From NCBI GenBank assembly GCA_963667465.2, contig CAXXDN010000002.1, positions 1,152,001 to 1,216,000 of the forward strand: a stretch of 64,000 nt of DNA, read 5' to 3'. Source of the stretch: Dehalococcoidia bacterium. Its GTDB lineage: Bacteria > Chloroflexota > Dehalococcoidia > UBA2979. Under the pieces are notes generated by a model. It searched no databases, had not been told where the DNA came from, and saw only the letters and a program-made list of their open reading frames with translations. Shown in pieces: positions 1 through 10,243 of the stretch (the first letter of the stretch is position 1; each line of letters begins with the position of its first letter). The translations under genes and the position numbers were made by a program.

Positions 1-3000
1 CTCACTGCCGAGTTCAGCGACGATCCCGACATCGACGGGATCACGGGCGTCCTCAACGAGGTGCTCCCCGTGGTCAACCCTGAGCAACGCCTCTCCGAAG
101 CCAACGCCAGCTTTATCGGCGTCGATCCCGACACTGTGGACCCGTTCAAGGGCCTCAAGACCATCGGGGGCGAGCTGATCCCCGGCTCAAGCCTCGGCGG
201 ATTGCGCGCCTACGTCTCAGAGGATCTTGCCGACGGCGTCAACGTCCGGGCGGGCGACACCATCCACGTCTTCCTGGGCGGCGCGCCGACAGCGTTCGAG
301 GTCATCGAGATCGTCCAGAACACCTCGATCACCCAGGCCGAGGGAGGCGGCGGGGGTCTCGTCGTGAGCCTCGATGTCGCTCGCGAATTGACCGGCCACG
401 AAGGCAGCCTGACCGCCATCGCGGTATCCATCACCGGAGGGGTGCGCGACACGCTCGACCTCAACGACGAAGTTGCGAGCCGGGTCGAGGACTTCATCGC
501 GGCGAACCCGGAAGGCCAGGCCGAGATCTTCTTCACGAAGAAGGAGGCCGTCGAGCTGGCGGAGCTGATCGGGTCGATCTTCGTCACGTTCTTCCTGATC
601 TTCGGCCTGTTCGCGATCGCCTCGGGCATCCTCCTGATCTTCCTCATCTTCGTCATGCTCGCCGCCGAGCGGCGCTCCGAGATGGGGATGGCGCGCGCCG
701 TCGGAATGCAGCGGCTGCACCTCACCGAGTCGTTCCTCGCCGAGGGCATGGCCTACAACGTTGGCTCGGCTGCGGTGGGCGCCCTGCTCGGCCTCGCCGT
801 CGCCTTCGTGCTGGTGCTCGTACTGGCCCAGATCTTCAGCGAGGCGCTGGGCTTCGGAATCACGTTCCACTTCAACTGGCAGGGCTTCCTCATTGCGTAC
901 AGCCTGGGCGTGGTCCTGACCTTCGCAACCGTCGCGTTCTCCTCGTTCCGCATCGCGAACCTCAACATCGTGCGCGCGATCCGCGACCTGCCGGAGCCGC
1001 AGCCGCTCCGAGGCGCGGACCGCTCGATCGGCGCCCTGATCAAGTCCGCGGTCGGCGCGTTGTGGTTGGTCGGCTGGATCGTCGTGCTGGTGGTCTCGGG
1101 CACCGTCACCATTGTGCTGAGCGCGTTCGTCATCGGGGCGGTCTTCGGCGGCCTGCCGCTGATCCTGTCTGGACTCTTCGGCGGCGCTGCGCTGATGGCG
1201 GTGAGCGCCCTCATGTTCTTCGGAGCCCGAACGGTGCGCCGAGGGCAGTTCCTCGAGCTGCAGGGCTGGCGCGACTGGCTGCTCTGGGTGCTGTGGGTTG
1301 CCGTCTTCAACGTCGTCGCCGCCTGCGTCTGGCTGCTGCAGCTCTCACGCGACTGGGCCGGACGCCACCGCAACGCGGGCGGCTGGGCCGTGATCATGCT
1401 GATCCTCGGCGCGGCATTCGCCTGGCTGTCTGGCTGGGGCTTCGACGCCCTGAGCGGGCTGCAGGGCCAGGCGTTCGCCTATGCGGGAGGCTTCACCCTC
1501 GCCGTGCTCGCCGCGGCAATGCTCTTCGTCTACTTCGGGGTGAACGAGCGCCTCTCCTTCACGGTGGCCGGGCTCGGGCTGGTCTGGTACTGGGTGCTGC
1601 CACTCCCCTTCTCGCTCTTCCTCGACCGCGAAAGCGTGGGCGAACTCGACCCGATCGACGGCGTCCTCCGCCTGCTCGGCCTCCCCAGACCGGGGCAGAT
1701 CGAGGGCAACATCGAGATGTTCTTCGTGTCGGGGATCGCGATCACCGCAGCGGCGGTGCTCGTCATCATCCTCAACGCCGAACTAGCCCTTGCCCCGGTG
1801 CGCTGGCTGGGCGGCCTGTTCGGCGGGATCGCGCCGGCGATCAAGACGGCGATCGCCTACCCGGTCGCCTCGAAGTTCCGCACGGGCATGACCCTCGCGA
1901 TGTTCGGACTCGTCGTCTTCAGCCTCGTGGTCATGGCTACGCTCAACTCGAACTTTACGCAGGCGTTCCTCAGCGACGACGCGGCCGGCGGCTTCGACGT
2001 CGAGGTCGACGTCAACCCGAGCAACCGCATCCCCGATCTGCGCGAGGCGCTCCGCTCCGCCGGCTACGAGCCCGCTGCCTCGATCGGCGGCGCCGGGCGC
2101 CTCGTCTCCGCCTTCCCGCAGGTGCGGCGGAGCGACGACCCCGACGGCGACGACGGCTACGAGACCTACCACCTTGCGGGCATGGACGACGAGTTCCTCG
2201 ACCTGCAGCGCTTCCCCATCGAGCACCGCGCGGCGGGGTACGACAGCGACGAGGCCGTGTGGGAGGCGCTCCGCACCGATCCCACAGTCGCCATCGTGGA
2301 CGCCTCGCGCCTCGTTGAGCCCACCGACTTCGGCGGCGACCCGAATGAGCCGGGCGACTTCTTCCTCGGCGTCGCCGACCAGGACCTTCGCGGTGAGCCG
2401 TGGGAGCCGATCCCGCTGACCTTCCGCGACCGGGATAGTGGTCAGACCATGGAGCTGCGGATCATCGGCGTACTCGAGCCGCAGGTCACCTCCGTGATCG
2501 TGGACTTCTTCGCCATCTTCACGCACACCGCGGCGGTCGAGGACTACTTCGGCGGCGGCGAGTGGGAGGGCTACTACGTCGTGACCGCCGAGGCGACGGA
2601 CGAGGCCGCGATCGAGACTGCGCGCGACATCGAGTCGACGCTGCTGGAGCTCGGCGTGCAGTCGAACTCGATCGACAAACTGATCGACGACCAGGCGTCC
2701 ACCTCGCGCTCGTTCCAGTTCCTGTTCGAGGGCTTCATGGGGCTCGGGCTGATCGTCGGGATCGCGGCGCTTGGCGTGATCGCGTTCCGCACCGTGGTGG
2801 AGCGGCGGCAACAGATCGGGATGCTGCGCGCGATCGGCTACAGCCGCAGGCTGGTCGCGATTTCCTACTTCCTCGAGTCCTCGTTCATCGCGCTGGCGGG
2901 CATCGCGATCGGGATTACGCTCGGGCTGGCGATCTCGTACAACCTGCTGGCGAGCCCGGACTTCACCGGCGGCACGGAGATCGACTTCCAGGTGCCGTGG

Positions 3001-3114
3001 GCGCGGCTGGCGGTGGTCCTCGGCGTCGCTTACGGGGCGAGCGCGCTGATGACGTTGCTCCCCGCCCGCGCCGCCTCACGCGTCGCCGTCGCCGAGGCGC
3101 TGAGGTACGAGTAG
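1..3114 (+). CDS. ABC transporter permease, FtsX/MacB-like with two permease domains (5' end outside window)
   Basis: Frame open from base 1; two 'ERR-E/Q-GM-RA-G' FtsX motifs (AERRSEMGMARAVG, VERRQQIGMLRAIG); many TM segments. Confidence 0.85.
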   Translation, partial: LTAEFSDDPDIDGITGVLNEVLPVVNPEQRLSEANASFIGVDPDTVDPFKGLKTIGGELIPGSSLGGLRAYVSEDLADGVNVRAGDTIHVFLGGAPTAFEVIEIVQNTSITQAEGGGGGLVVSLDVARELTGHEGSLTAIAVSITGGVRDTLDLNDEVASRVEDFIAANPEGQAEIFFTKKEAVELAELIGSIFVTFFLIFGLFAIASGILLIFLIFVMLAAERRSEMGMARAVGMQRLHLTESFLAEGMAYNVGSAAVGALLGLAVAFVLVLVLAQIFSEALGFGITFHFNWQGFLIAYSLGVVLTFATVAFSSFRIANLNIVRAIRDLPEPQPLRGADRSIGALIKSAVGALWLVGWIVVLVVSGTVTIVLSAFVIGAVFGGLPLILSGLFGGAALMAVSALMFFGARTVRRGQFLELQGWRDWLLWVLWVAVFNVVAACVWLLQLSRDWAGRHRNAGGWAVIMLILGAAFAWLSGWGFDALSGLQGQAFAYAGGFTLAVLAAAMLFVYFGVNERLSFTVAGLGLVWYWVLPLPFSLFLDRESVGELDPIDGVLRLLGLPRPGQIEGNIEMFFVSGIAITAAAVLVIILNAELALAPVRWLGGLFGGIAPAIKTAIAYPVASKFRTGMTLAMFGLVVFSLVVMATLNSNFTQAFLSDDAAGGFDVEVDVNPSNRIPDLREALRSAGYEPAASIGGAGRLVSAFPQVRRSDDPDGDDGYETYHLAGMDDEFLDLQRFPIEHRAAGYDSDEAVWEALRTDPTVAIVDASRLVEPTDFGGDPNEPGDFFLGVADQDLRGEPWEPIPLTFRDRDSGQTMELRIIGVLEPQVTSVIVDFFAIFTHTAAVEDYFGGGEWEGYYVVTAEATDEAAIETARDIESTLLELGVQSNSIDKLIDDQASTSRSFQFLFEGFMGLGLIVGIAALGVIAFRTVVERRQQIGMLRAIGYSRRLVAISYFLESSFIALAGIAIGITLGLAISYNLLASPDFTGGTEIDFQVPWARLAVVLGVAYGASALMTLLPARAASRVAVAEALRYE

Positions 3115-3167
3115 GCGTCGCGCGCCACTGCTACCGGTCCGGTTGGTTGGGAGCCTGAAGAAGCAGT

Positions 3168-6100
3168 CTAGACCGCCGTCTGCGCCCGCAACCCCTCGAG
3201 GTGGCGGCGCACCACGGTCATCGGGCCGCCCTCGGTGAGGGCGAACTTGGGCGCGACCTTCCAGAACTTCGGCAGGTACTGCCGCCACTGATCGAGGATG
3301 TGGCGCGCCCGCGGCGACCCGGTCATCTCCAGGTGGCGGCGGATCAGCATCTCGAGCAGCTCGATCGCGTCGGGCGTCGTCACCTGCTCGAGGCCGACGA
3401 GCTCCTGGTTGACGCGCGTTCGGAAGTCGCCTTCCTCGTCCAGCACGTAGGCAATGCCGTCCGACATGCCGGCGCCGAAGTTGCGGCCCGTGCGGCCGAG
3501 GATCGCGATCACGCCGTCTGTCATGTACTCGCAGCCGTGATCGCCTACGCCCTCGACGACGGCGCGCGCACCGGAGTTGCGGACGGCGAAGCGCTCGCCC
3601 GCGCTGCCCGCGACGAAGAGGTGCCCACCGGTCGCGCCGTACAGCACGGTGTTGCCGACCAGCACCGCCTCGGTGCCGGTGCCGATGAAGCCGGCGTCGT
3701 CGGGCGGGCGCACGACGATCTCGCCGCCGTTCATTCCCTTGGCCACGTAGTCGTTGGCCTCGCCGACGAGGTGCAGCCGCATCCCCGATGAGAGGAACGC
3801 GCCGAACGACTGTCCGGCCGATCCGTTGAACGAGATCTCGATCGAGCCCTCCGGCAGGCCGTTGTTGCCATAGCGCATGGCGATCTCCCCGGAGAGCCTC
3901 GCGCCCACGGTGCGGTCCGTGTTGCGAATCTTGTAGGAGCGTCGCTCGGGGGGGCCGCCCGCGATGGCGCTGCGCACGTCGGCGATGATCGTGTCGTCCA
4001 GCAGCGGCTCGCCGCGGTCGTTGCGGTCCTGAATGGAGTGCCTCGGCTCGAGCCCGCTCGGGTCCGCGGGCATCAGCACGTTCGCGAGGTCGATGCCGTC
4101 GCCGCGCTTGCCGCCCTCGGGCGGCAGCTGCTTGAGCAGTTCGGCGCGCCCGATCACCTCGTCCAGCCGCTCGAAGCCGAGCTCCGCGAGGATGGCGCGC
4201 ACCTCCTCGCCGACGTGCGTGAGGTACTTCACCACCATCTCAGGCGTGCCGAAGTACTTGGCGCGCAGATCCTCGCGCTGCGTCGCCACGCCGACGGGGC
4301 AGGTGTTGATGTGGCACTGGCGCGCCATCTTGCAGCCGACGGCAATCATCGCCGAGGTGCCGAAGCCGTACTCTTCGGCGCCGAGCATGGCCGCGACGAT
4401 GACGTCGCGGCCGGTGTGCATCCCGCCGTCGGTGCGCAGCCGCACGCGGCCGCGCAGGTCGTTGGCGACAAGCACCTGCTGCGTCTCCGCCAGCCCCAGC
4501 TCCCAGGGTGCGCCCGCGTACTTGATCGAGGACCACGGCGAGGCGCCCGTGCCGCCGTCGTGGCCGCTGATCTGGATGATGTCGGCGTAGCCCTTGGCGA
4601 CACCGGCGGCGATCGTGCCGACGCCCTCGGCGGCGACGAGCTTCACGCAGACCCGCGCGCGTGGGTTGACCGCCTTGAGGTCGAAGATCAACTGCGCGAG
4701 ATCCTCGATCGAGTAGATGTCGTGGTGCGGAGGCGGCGAGATCAGCGGCGTCCCCTCCATGACGTGGCGCATCGAGGCGATGTAGGTGGAGACCTTGTGG
4801 CCGGGGAGCTGTCCGCCCTCGCCCGGCTTCGAGCCCTGCGCGATCTTGATCTCCAGCTCGTCGGCAGCCGCGAGGTAGGCCGGGGTCACGCCGAAGCGCC
4901 CGGACGCCACCTGCTTGACCCTCGAGTTGGCGTCGCGCAGGTCGCCGTCGGGGCTGTAGCGCCGCGGGTCCTCGCCGCCCTCGCCGGTGTTGGAGCGGCC
5001 GCCGAGCACGTTCATTGCGCGCGCGATGTCCTCGTGCGCCTCGCGGCTGAGCGCGCCGAGCGACATGGCGCCGGTGTTGAAGCGTCGCGTCACCTCGCCG
5101 ATCGGCTCGACGCGCGAAACATCGATCGGGTCGCGGTCGGACTGGAATCCGAGGGCGTCGCGCAGCGCGGTGCGCGGCCGCGAGTGCACCAGCTCGCTGT
5201 ACTCGCGGTACTCCTCTTCGCCGCCGCCGTCCTGCACCACCTTGTGCAGGGCGCGCCAGACCTTCGGCTCGAAGGCGTGGTAGTCGCCGTCGCGGCGGTA
5301 CTTGTACCAGCCGCCGTGCGGCATCTCCGCCTGCGGGTAGGCGCGCGTGTGACGGTCGAGGATGTCGCGGCCGATGTTGTCGTAGGTGATACCGGCGATC
5401 CGCGACGTGGTGCCGGGAAACGAGCGCCCGATCACCTCGTCGGAGATACCGAGCGCCTCAAAGATCTGCGATCCGTGGTAGGAGGAGACGGCGGAGATGC
5501 CCATCTTGGACATCACCTTGAGGATGCCGGCGTCCACCGCCTGCTGGTACTGGCGCATCACCTGGTCCAGCTCGACCTCGCCGAACTCGCCCTCGTGGGC
5601 GAGGTCGCGCAGCGTCTCGAAAGCCAGGTAGGGATTGACGGCGCTGGCGCCGAAGCCGATCAGGCAGGCGAAGTGGTGCACGTCGCGTGCATCGCCGGCC
5701 TCCGCGACGAGGCTGGTCTTCATGCGCCGTCCCGTGCGAATCAGGTGGTGATGCACGGTGGAGACCGCGAGCAGCATCGGGATCGGCGCCCACTGCTCAT
5801 CGCAGAGGCGGTCGCTGATCACGATCACGTCGTGGCCCTCGTCCACCGCCAGCTCGGCGGCGGCGCACAGATCGTCGAGGGCGGCGCGCAGCCCGCCCGG
5901 GCCCTCCGCGGCCGCGAAGCGCGCATGCAGCGTGGTCAGCGCAAAGGTTCCGATCGGCGTATTGCGCAGCGCCGCCATCTCCTCGTCCACCATCAGCGGG
6001 CTGGTGAGGTGGACGAGGCGCGCCGCCTCCGGCGTCGTCTCCAGCAGCGAGTGGCGGCGACCGAGCAGCGTATCGAGGGACATCACGATCTCTTCCCGGA

Positions 6101-7718
6101 TCGAGTCGATCGCGGGGTTTGTGACCTGGGCGAACTTCTGCTTGAAGTAGGTGTAGAGCAGCCGGCTGGGATCGAACAGCGTGGACAGCGGCGTGTCCTC
6201 GCCCATGGAGCCCACCGGCTCCTTGCCCTCGCGCACCATCGGTTTGATGACGTACTCGATCTCCTCGCGGGTGTAGCCGTGCAGCGTCTGCCGGACGCGC
6301 ACGTCGTCGTCCGGGCGATCGCGGTGCAGGCCGTTCGCCGTGTCGAGGTAGCGGCTGAGGCTGTGCAGGTTGCGCCGCACCCAGTCGCCGTACGGACGCC
6401 GCGACGAGATCTCGCGCTTGATCTCCTCGTTGTGCAGGAAGCGCCGCCGTGCGGTGTCGACGGCGATCATCTCGCCCGGCCCAAGGCGTCCCGACTCGAC
6501 GATCTCGTCGAACGGCAGCTCGACGAGGCCAACCTCGGAGCCCATCACGACGGTGCCGTCGCGCATCACCTGGTAGCGGGCGGGGCGGAGGCCGTTGCGG
6601 TCCATGATCGCCGCGGCGACGGCGCCGTTGGTGAAGGCGACAGCCGCCGGGCCGTCCCATGGCTCCTGCAGACAGGCGTGGTACTCGTAGAACGCCCGTA
6701 GCTGGGGGTCCATGTTCGGCATGTTCTCCCAAGCCTCGGGGATTAGCATCATCATCGCGTGCAGGATGTCGCGGCCGGACGCGGTCAGGAGCTCAAGCGC
6801 CTCGTCGAGGGAGGCGGTGTCCGATCCGATCGGCCAGATCACCGGCAGCAGATCCTCGATCTGCTCACCCCAGACCGCCGAGGTCAGCTCGGGCTCGCGC
6901 GCGCTCATCCAGTTGCGGTTGCCGAGCAGCGTGTTGATCTCGCCGTTGTGCGCGACCAGCCGGAACGGCTGCGCCAGCTTCCAGTTCGGCAGCGTGTTCG
7001 TCGCGAAGCGCTGGTGGAACAGCGCCACCGAGGCGACCGTGCGCTCGTCCTCGAGGTCCGGGTAGAACGCCGCCAGCTGCGGCGCGACCATCAGCCCCTT
7101 GTAGACCACGATCTGCGAGGACATCGAAACCACGTAGCAGTCGATCGAGCGCTCGCGGAAGGCGCGCTCGGCCTGCCGTCTCGCCAGGTAGAGCGCGCGC
7201 TCGCAGTCCGCCCCGCCGAGGCCGGGGGGCCGCCGCAGCAGCAACTGCTCGATGCCGGGAAGCGACTCGAGCGCGAGCCCGCCGAGGACGGACGGGTCGT
7301 GCGGCGTCTCGCGCCAGCCGATGACATCTACGCCGCAGCCCACGACCGCCTGCTCGATGATCGTGCGCGCCTCGAGCTTGTCCGCCTCGTCCTGCGGGAG
7401 GAAGACCATCGCCACGGCGAGCTCATCGCGGCGGGTGAGGGTGTGGCCGAGCCGCTCCGCGTCCTCGCGCAGCAGCTCGAATGGAATCTGGATCGTGACG
7501 CCGGCGCCGTCGCCGGATGCGGCGTCGGCGGAGACAGCGCCGCGGTGGGTGAGGTTGACGACCGCCTCGACGGCAAGCTGCACGATTCGATGCGAGCGCT
7601 CGCCGTCGATGCGTGCGACGAAGCCGGTGCCGCAGGCGTCGTGATCCATCGACGGGTCGTACAACCCGCGCGAGGGAATGGTCGCCCCTGTCGCTGTACG
7701 CGACTCGATGCCACTCAC
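3168..7718 (-). CDS. gltB: Glutamate synthase large subunit (no gltD adjacent; possibly ferredoxin-dependent)
   Basis: N-terminal DACGTGF amidotransferase Cys, HNGEINT, KQVASGRFGV, AQGSKPGEGGQLPGHKV, C-x5-C-x4-C [3Fe-4S] motif, GXGXG domain. Confidence 0.97.
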   Translation of the reverse strand: MSGIESRTATGATIPSRGLYDPSMDHDACGTGFVARIDGERSHRIVQLAVEAVVNLTHRGAVSADAASGDGAGVTIQIPFELLREDAERLGHTLTRRDELAVAMVFLPQDEADKLEARTIIEQAVVGCGVDVIGWRETPHDPSVLGGLALESLPGIEQLLLRRPPGLGGADCERALYLARRQAERAFRERSIDCYVVSMSSQIVVYKGLMVAPQLAAFYPDLEDERTVASVALFHQRFATNTLPNWKLAQPFRLVAHNGEINTLLGNRNWMSAREPELTSAVWGEQIEDLLPVIWPIGSDTASLDEALELLTASGRDILHAMMMLIPEAWENMPNMDPQLRAFYEYHACLQEPWDGPAAVAFTNGAVAAAIMDRNGLRPARYQVMRDGTVVMGSEVGLVELPFDEIVESGRLGPGEMIAVDTARRRFLHNEEIKREISSRRPYGDWVRRNLHSLSRYLDTANGLHRDRPDDDVRVRQTLHGYTREEIEYVIKPMVREGKEPVGSMGEDTPLSTLFDPSRLLYTYFKQKFAQVTNPAIDSIREEIVMSLDTLLGRRHSLLETTPEAARLVHLTSPLMVDEEMAALRNTPIGTFALTTLHARFAAAEGPGGLRAALDDLCAAAELAVDEGHDVIVISDRLCDEQWAPIPMLLAVSTVHHHLIRTGRRMKTSLVAEAGDARDVHHFACLIGFGASAVNPYLAFETLRDLAHEGEFGEVELDQVMRQYQQAVDAGILKVMSKMGISAVSSYHGSQIFEALGISDEVIGRSFPGTTSRIAGITYDNIGRDILDRHTRAYPQAEMPHGGWYKYRRDGDYHAFEPKVWRALHKVVQDGGGEEEYREYSELVHSRPRTALRDALGFQSDRDPIDVSRVEPIGEVTRRFNTGAMSLGALSREAHEDIARAMNVLGGRSNTGEGGEDPRRYSPDGDLRDANSRVKQVASGRFGVTPAYLAAADELEIKIAQGSKPGEGGQLPGHKVSTYIASMRHVMEGTPLISPPPHHDIYSIEDLAQLIFDLKAVNPRARVCVKLVAAEGVGTIAAGVAKGYADIIQISGHDGGTGASPWSSIKYAGAPWELGLAETQQVLVANDLRGRVRLRTDGGMHTGRDVIVAAMLGAEEYGFGTSAMIAVGCKMARQCHINTCPVGVATQREDLRAKYFGTPEMVVKYLTHVGEEVRAILAELGFERLDEVIGRAELLKQLPPEGGKRGDGIDLANVLMPADPSGLEPRHSIQDRNDRGEPLLDDTIIADVRSAIAGGPPERRSYKIRNTDRTVGARLSGEIAMRYGNNGLPEGSIEISFNGSAGQSFGAFLSSGMRLHLVGEANDYVAKGMNGGEIVVRPPDDAGFIGTGTEAVLVGNTVLYGATGGHLFVAGSAGERFAVRNSGARAVVEGVGDHGCEYMTDGVIAILGRTGRNFGAGMSDGIAYVLDEEGDFRTRVNQELVGLEQVTTPDAIELLEMLIRRHLEMTGSPRARHILDQWRQYLPKFWKVAPKFALTEGGPMTVVRRHLEGLRAQTAV

Positions 7719-7837
7719 GGCACACGCCCTCCGGAACGGATCAACTCACCCCCACCGCAGGGGAGAAGTCTCCGAGGAATGCACAATCATAACCCACGCC
7801 CGGCACCGCCGTTGTGGGTGTTGCTTCGCGATCTCCT

Positions 7838-7866
7838 ATTCTGCGCAAAATTTCACAAACTTTCAA
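7838..7866 (-). promoter_or_regulatory. Putative sigma70 promoter of gltB
   Basis: Minus strand TTGAAA-17 nt-CAGAAT in an AT-rich patch about 120 nt upstream of the gltB start. Confidence 0.55.
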
Positions 7867-7984
7867 GCGGTCGCCCCCCACCGCTCGCGCGGTGGCGGCA
7901 GCGTCACCTCGATGGAGACGGTGCGCAACTCCGTGAATGGAGCAACGGAGGGATCCGGATCGACCCTCCAGGCTGCCCCCTCCG

Positions 7985-8014
7985 CCCGTCATTCCGGCTC
8001 CCCGGAATGACGGG
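7985..8014. repeat. Perfect 13-bp inverted repeat (REP-like palindrome or terminator of the CoA-transferase gene)
   Basis: CCCGTCATTCCGG-CTCC-CCGGAATGACGGG. Confidence 0.55.
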
Positions 8015-8061
8015 GTGGGAGAGCTGGTACGACGGGTCTGCAGAGGTCTCCGGCGGCGAGG

Positions 8062-9309
8062 CTAGCCGAGGTCCGGCGTCGGTCGCTCGTCCCACAGCAC
8101 CGCGCGCTCGACGAGCGCCTCGATCGCGTCGCCGTCGAGGCCGAGCATGTCGGCGAGGAGCGCCCTCGAGTCCTGGCCCATGTCCGGCGAGGTGCCCCGC
8201 ACCCCACCCGGAGTCCGCGAGAGCTTGATCGGCGTGTCCACGAGCGGGAGCGTGCCGAGCGTGTGGTGGTCCACAGGCTTGAGCATCCCGCGCGCCTCCA
8301 CCTGCGGCTGCGCCGCCGCCTCCGCGATGTTGTTGAGGGGTCCACAGGGAATCTCGTACGGGGTCAGCCGTTCCACCCACTCGTCCGTCGTCCGCTTGCG
8401 GAAGGCCTCGTTGAGCAGCGGCTCCAACTCCGCGTGGTTCGCCGAGCGCGCGTGCGCCTCGGCGAAGCGCGGGTCGTCGATGAGCTCGACGATCTCCAGC
8501 TCCGAACAGAGCAGCGCCCACTGGTTCGGCACACCCCAGGCGAGGGCGACGACGATGTAGCCGTCCGCTGTCGGGAAGGCCTGGAACGGCACGGCCCAGG
8601 AGTGGCGCGTGCCCAGCGGCCGGGGCAACTCACCGGTAAGGTGGTAGCGCAGGAAGGCGTTCTCCTGGACCGCCAGCTGACAGTCGAGCATCGAGATGTC
8701 GACGAGCTGGCCTCGGCCGGACGTCTCGCGCTCGCGCAGCGCCGCGAGGATGCCGACGGCGCCGAACAGCCCGCCCGCGATGTCGGCGAGCGAGAGGCCT
8801 GGCTTGAGCGGCGGCCCGTCCGGCTCGCCGGTGACGGACATCACCCCGCCCGCGCCCTGGATCACCACGTCGAGGGCCGGCCGATCGCGCATCGGCCCGG
8901 TCTGCCCGTACCCGGAGATGGCGGCGTAGATCAGGCCCGGATGGACCTCGGCGAGCCGCTCGTAGCCGAGGCCGAGGCGCTCCAGCGTGCCCGGCCGGAA
9001 GTTCTCCACCAGCACGTCGAACTGCGGCACGAGCTGCAGGAACAGCTCGCGCCCCTCCTCCTGTTTGAGGTCGATCGCGATGCTGCGCTTGCCTCGATTG
9101 ACGCTGAAGAAGTAGCCGGACTCGCCATCGAGGAGCGGTCCCGTGGTGCGGGCGACGTCCCCGAAGGGCGGGCGCTCGCACTTCACCACCTCCGCGCCAA
9201 GGTCGCAGAGGATCATCGTGCAGTACGGGCCGGCGAGCACCCAGCTCAGGTCGAGCACGCGCAGGCCGCTCAGCGGACCGCCGGTCATCGAGGCTCCCTC
9301 CGCCATCAC
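8062..9309 (-). CDS. Family III CoA-transferase (CaiB/BaiF)
   Basis: PLSGLRVLDLS-VLAGPYCT-LCDLGAEVVK-E, NRGKRSIAIDLK, DVLVENFRPG, catalytic Asp in LADIAGG. Confidence 0.93.
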   Translation of the reverse strand: MMAEGASMTGGPLSGLRVLDLSWVLAGPYCTMILCDLGAEVVKCERPPFGDVARTTGPLLDGESGYFFSVNRGKRSIAIDLKQEEGRELFLQLVPQFDVLVENFRPGTLERLGLGYERLAEVHPGLIYAAISGYGQTGPMRDRPALDVVIQGAGGVMSVTGEPDGPPLKPGLSLADIAGGLFGAVGILAALRERETSGRGQLVDISMLDCQLAVQENAFLRYHLTGELPRPLGTRHSWAVPFQAFPTADGYIVVALAWGVPNQWALLCSELEIVELIDDPRFAEAHARSANHAELEPLLNEAFRKRTTDEWVERLTPYEIPCGPLNNIAEAAAQPQVEARGMLKPVDHHTLGTLPLVDTPIKLSRTPGGVRGTSPDMGQDSRALLADMLGLDGDAIEALVERAVLWDERPTPDLG

Positions 9310-10217
9310 ACTCCCGCGGCGTCGCGCCGCACGAGGCTGAGCCCGCCCCGCAGGGCGACATACACGCCCGCGAGGAGCAACGCGGCGCCGAGCGCCTCAA
9401 GCAGTGTAGGCCGCTCGCCGAGGAGCGTCGCGCCAATCGCGGTCGCGCCCACCGGCTCGCCGAGCACCGCGACGGCGACGACCGCCGCCGGCAGCGAGCC
9501 GAGCGCCCAGGTCAGCGCGCCGTGCCCCATCAGCTGCGGAACGAGCGCGAGCAGCACGATGAAGATGTAGGCCTCGGCGCCCCAGCCGAGCAGCGATTCG
9601 CCGCTCGCGGCCAGCGCGACCAGCAGCGCGACCGCGGCGATCGCGTTGACCAGCGCCGCGTAGCTGACGTTCGACAGCCTCGCGCGGACGCGCCGCCCCG
9701 CGACGAGGTAGATCGAGGCGAAGACGGCGCCGAGGGCGGCGAAGGCGTCGCCGCGCAGCGAGACGCCGTCGCCGAGGTCGGAGCCCGCCAGCAGCAGCGC
9801 TCCGGCGGCGGCGCTGGCGATCGCGATGAGCAGCGCCCGCGTGGGCCGCTCCCGAAGCCACAGCCAGGCGCCGAGGCCGACGATCAGCGGCTGTGTCGCG
9901 ACGATCGCCGTACTGGCGGCGATCGTCGTGTCCTGCAGCGAGGCGACCCAGAAGCCGAAGTGTGCGGCGAGCGCGAGCCCCGCGAGCAGCAGCAGGCCTG
10001 CGTCGCGGCGGCCGAGCAGGCTCAACTCCTCGCGCCGGCGCAGGCCGGCGAGCGCGAGGAGCGGGAGCGCCGCGAACGTCATCCGCAGCGAGGCCACAAC
10101 CAGCGGCGGGGCGTCCGCCAGCCGAATCAGCGGCGCGGCCCAGGAGAGCGCGGCCACTCCCACGAGCAGCACGATCCACTCGTGCGACGCCGCGCGTCCA
10201 GGCAAGGTCCTGACCAT
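9306..10217 (-). CDS. EamA/DMT family transporter (paralog A)
   Basis: About 10 TM helices; LVPQLMGH and LGEPVGAT motifs. Confidence 0.88.
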   Translation of the reverse strand: MVRTLPGRAASHEWIVLLVGVAALSWAAPLIRLADAPPLVVASLRMTFAALPLLALAGLRRREELSLLGRRDAGLLLLAGLALAAHFGFWVASLQDTTIAASTAIVATQPLIVGLGAWLWLRERPTRALLIAIASAAAGALLLAGSDLGDGVSLRGDAFAALGAVFASIYLVAGRRVRARLSNVSYAALVNAIAAVALLVALAASGESLLGWGAEAYIFIVLLALVPQLMGHGALTWALGSLPAAVVAVAVLGEPVGATAIGATLLGERPTLLEALGAALLLAGVYVALRGGLSLVRRDAAGV

Positions 10218-10243
10218 GGGGCGACGCTAGCAGGTACGCGCGC

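Noticed and set aside
4038-6701. 887-aa plus-strand ORF and similar long overlapping ORFs
   Set aside because: Antisense shadow of gltB caused by high-GC codon bias; no recognisable motifs
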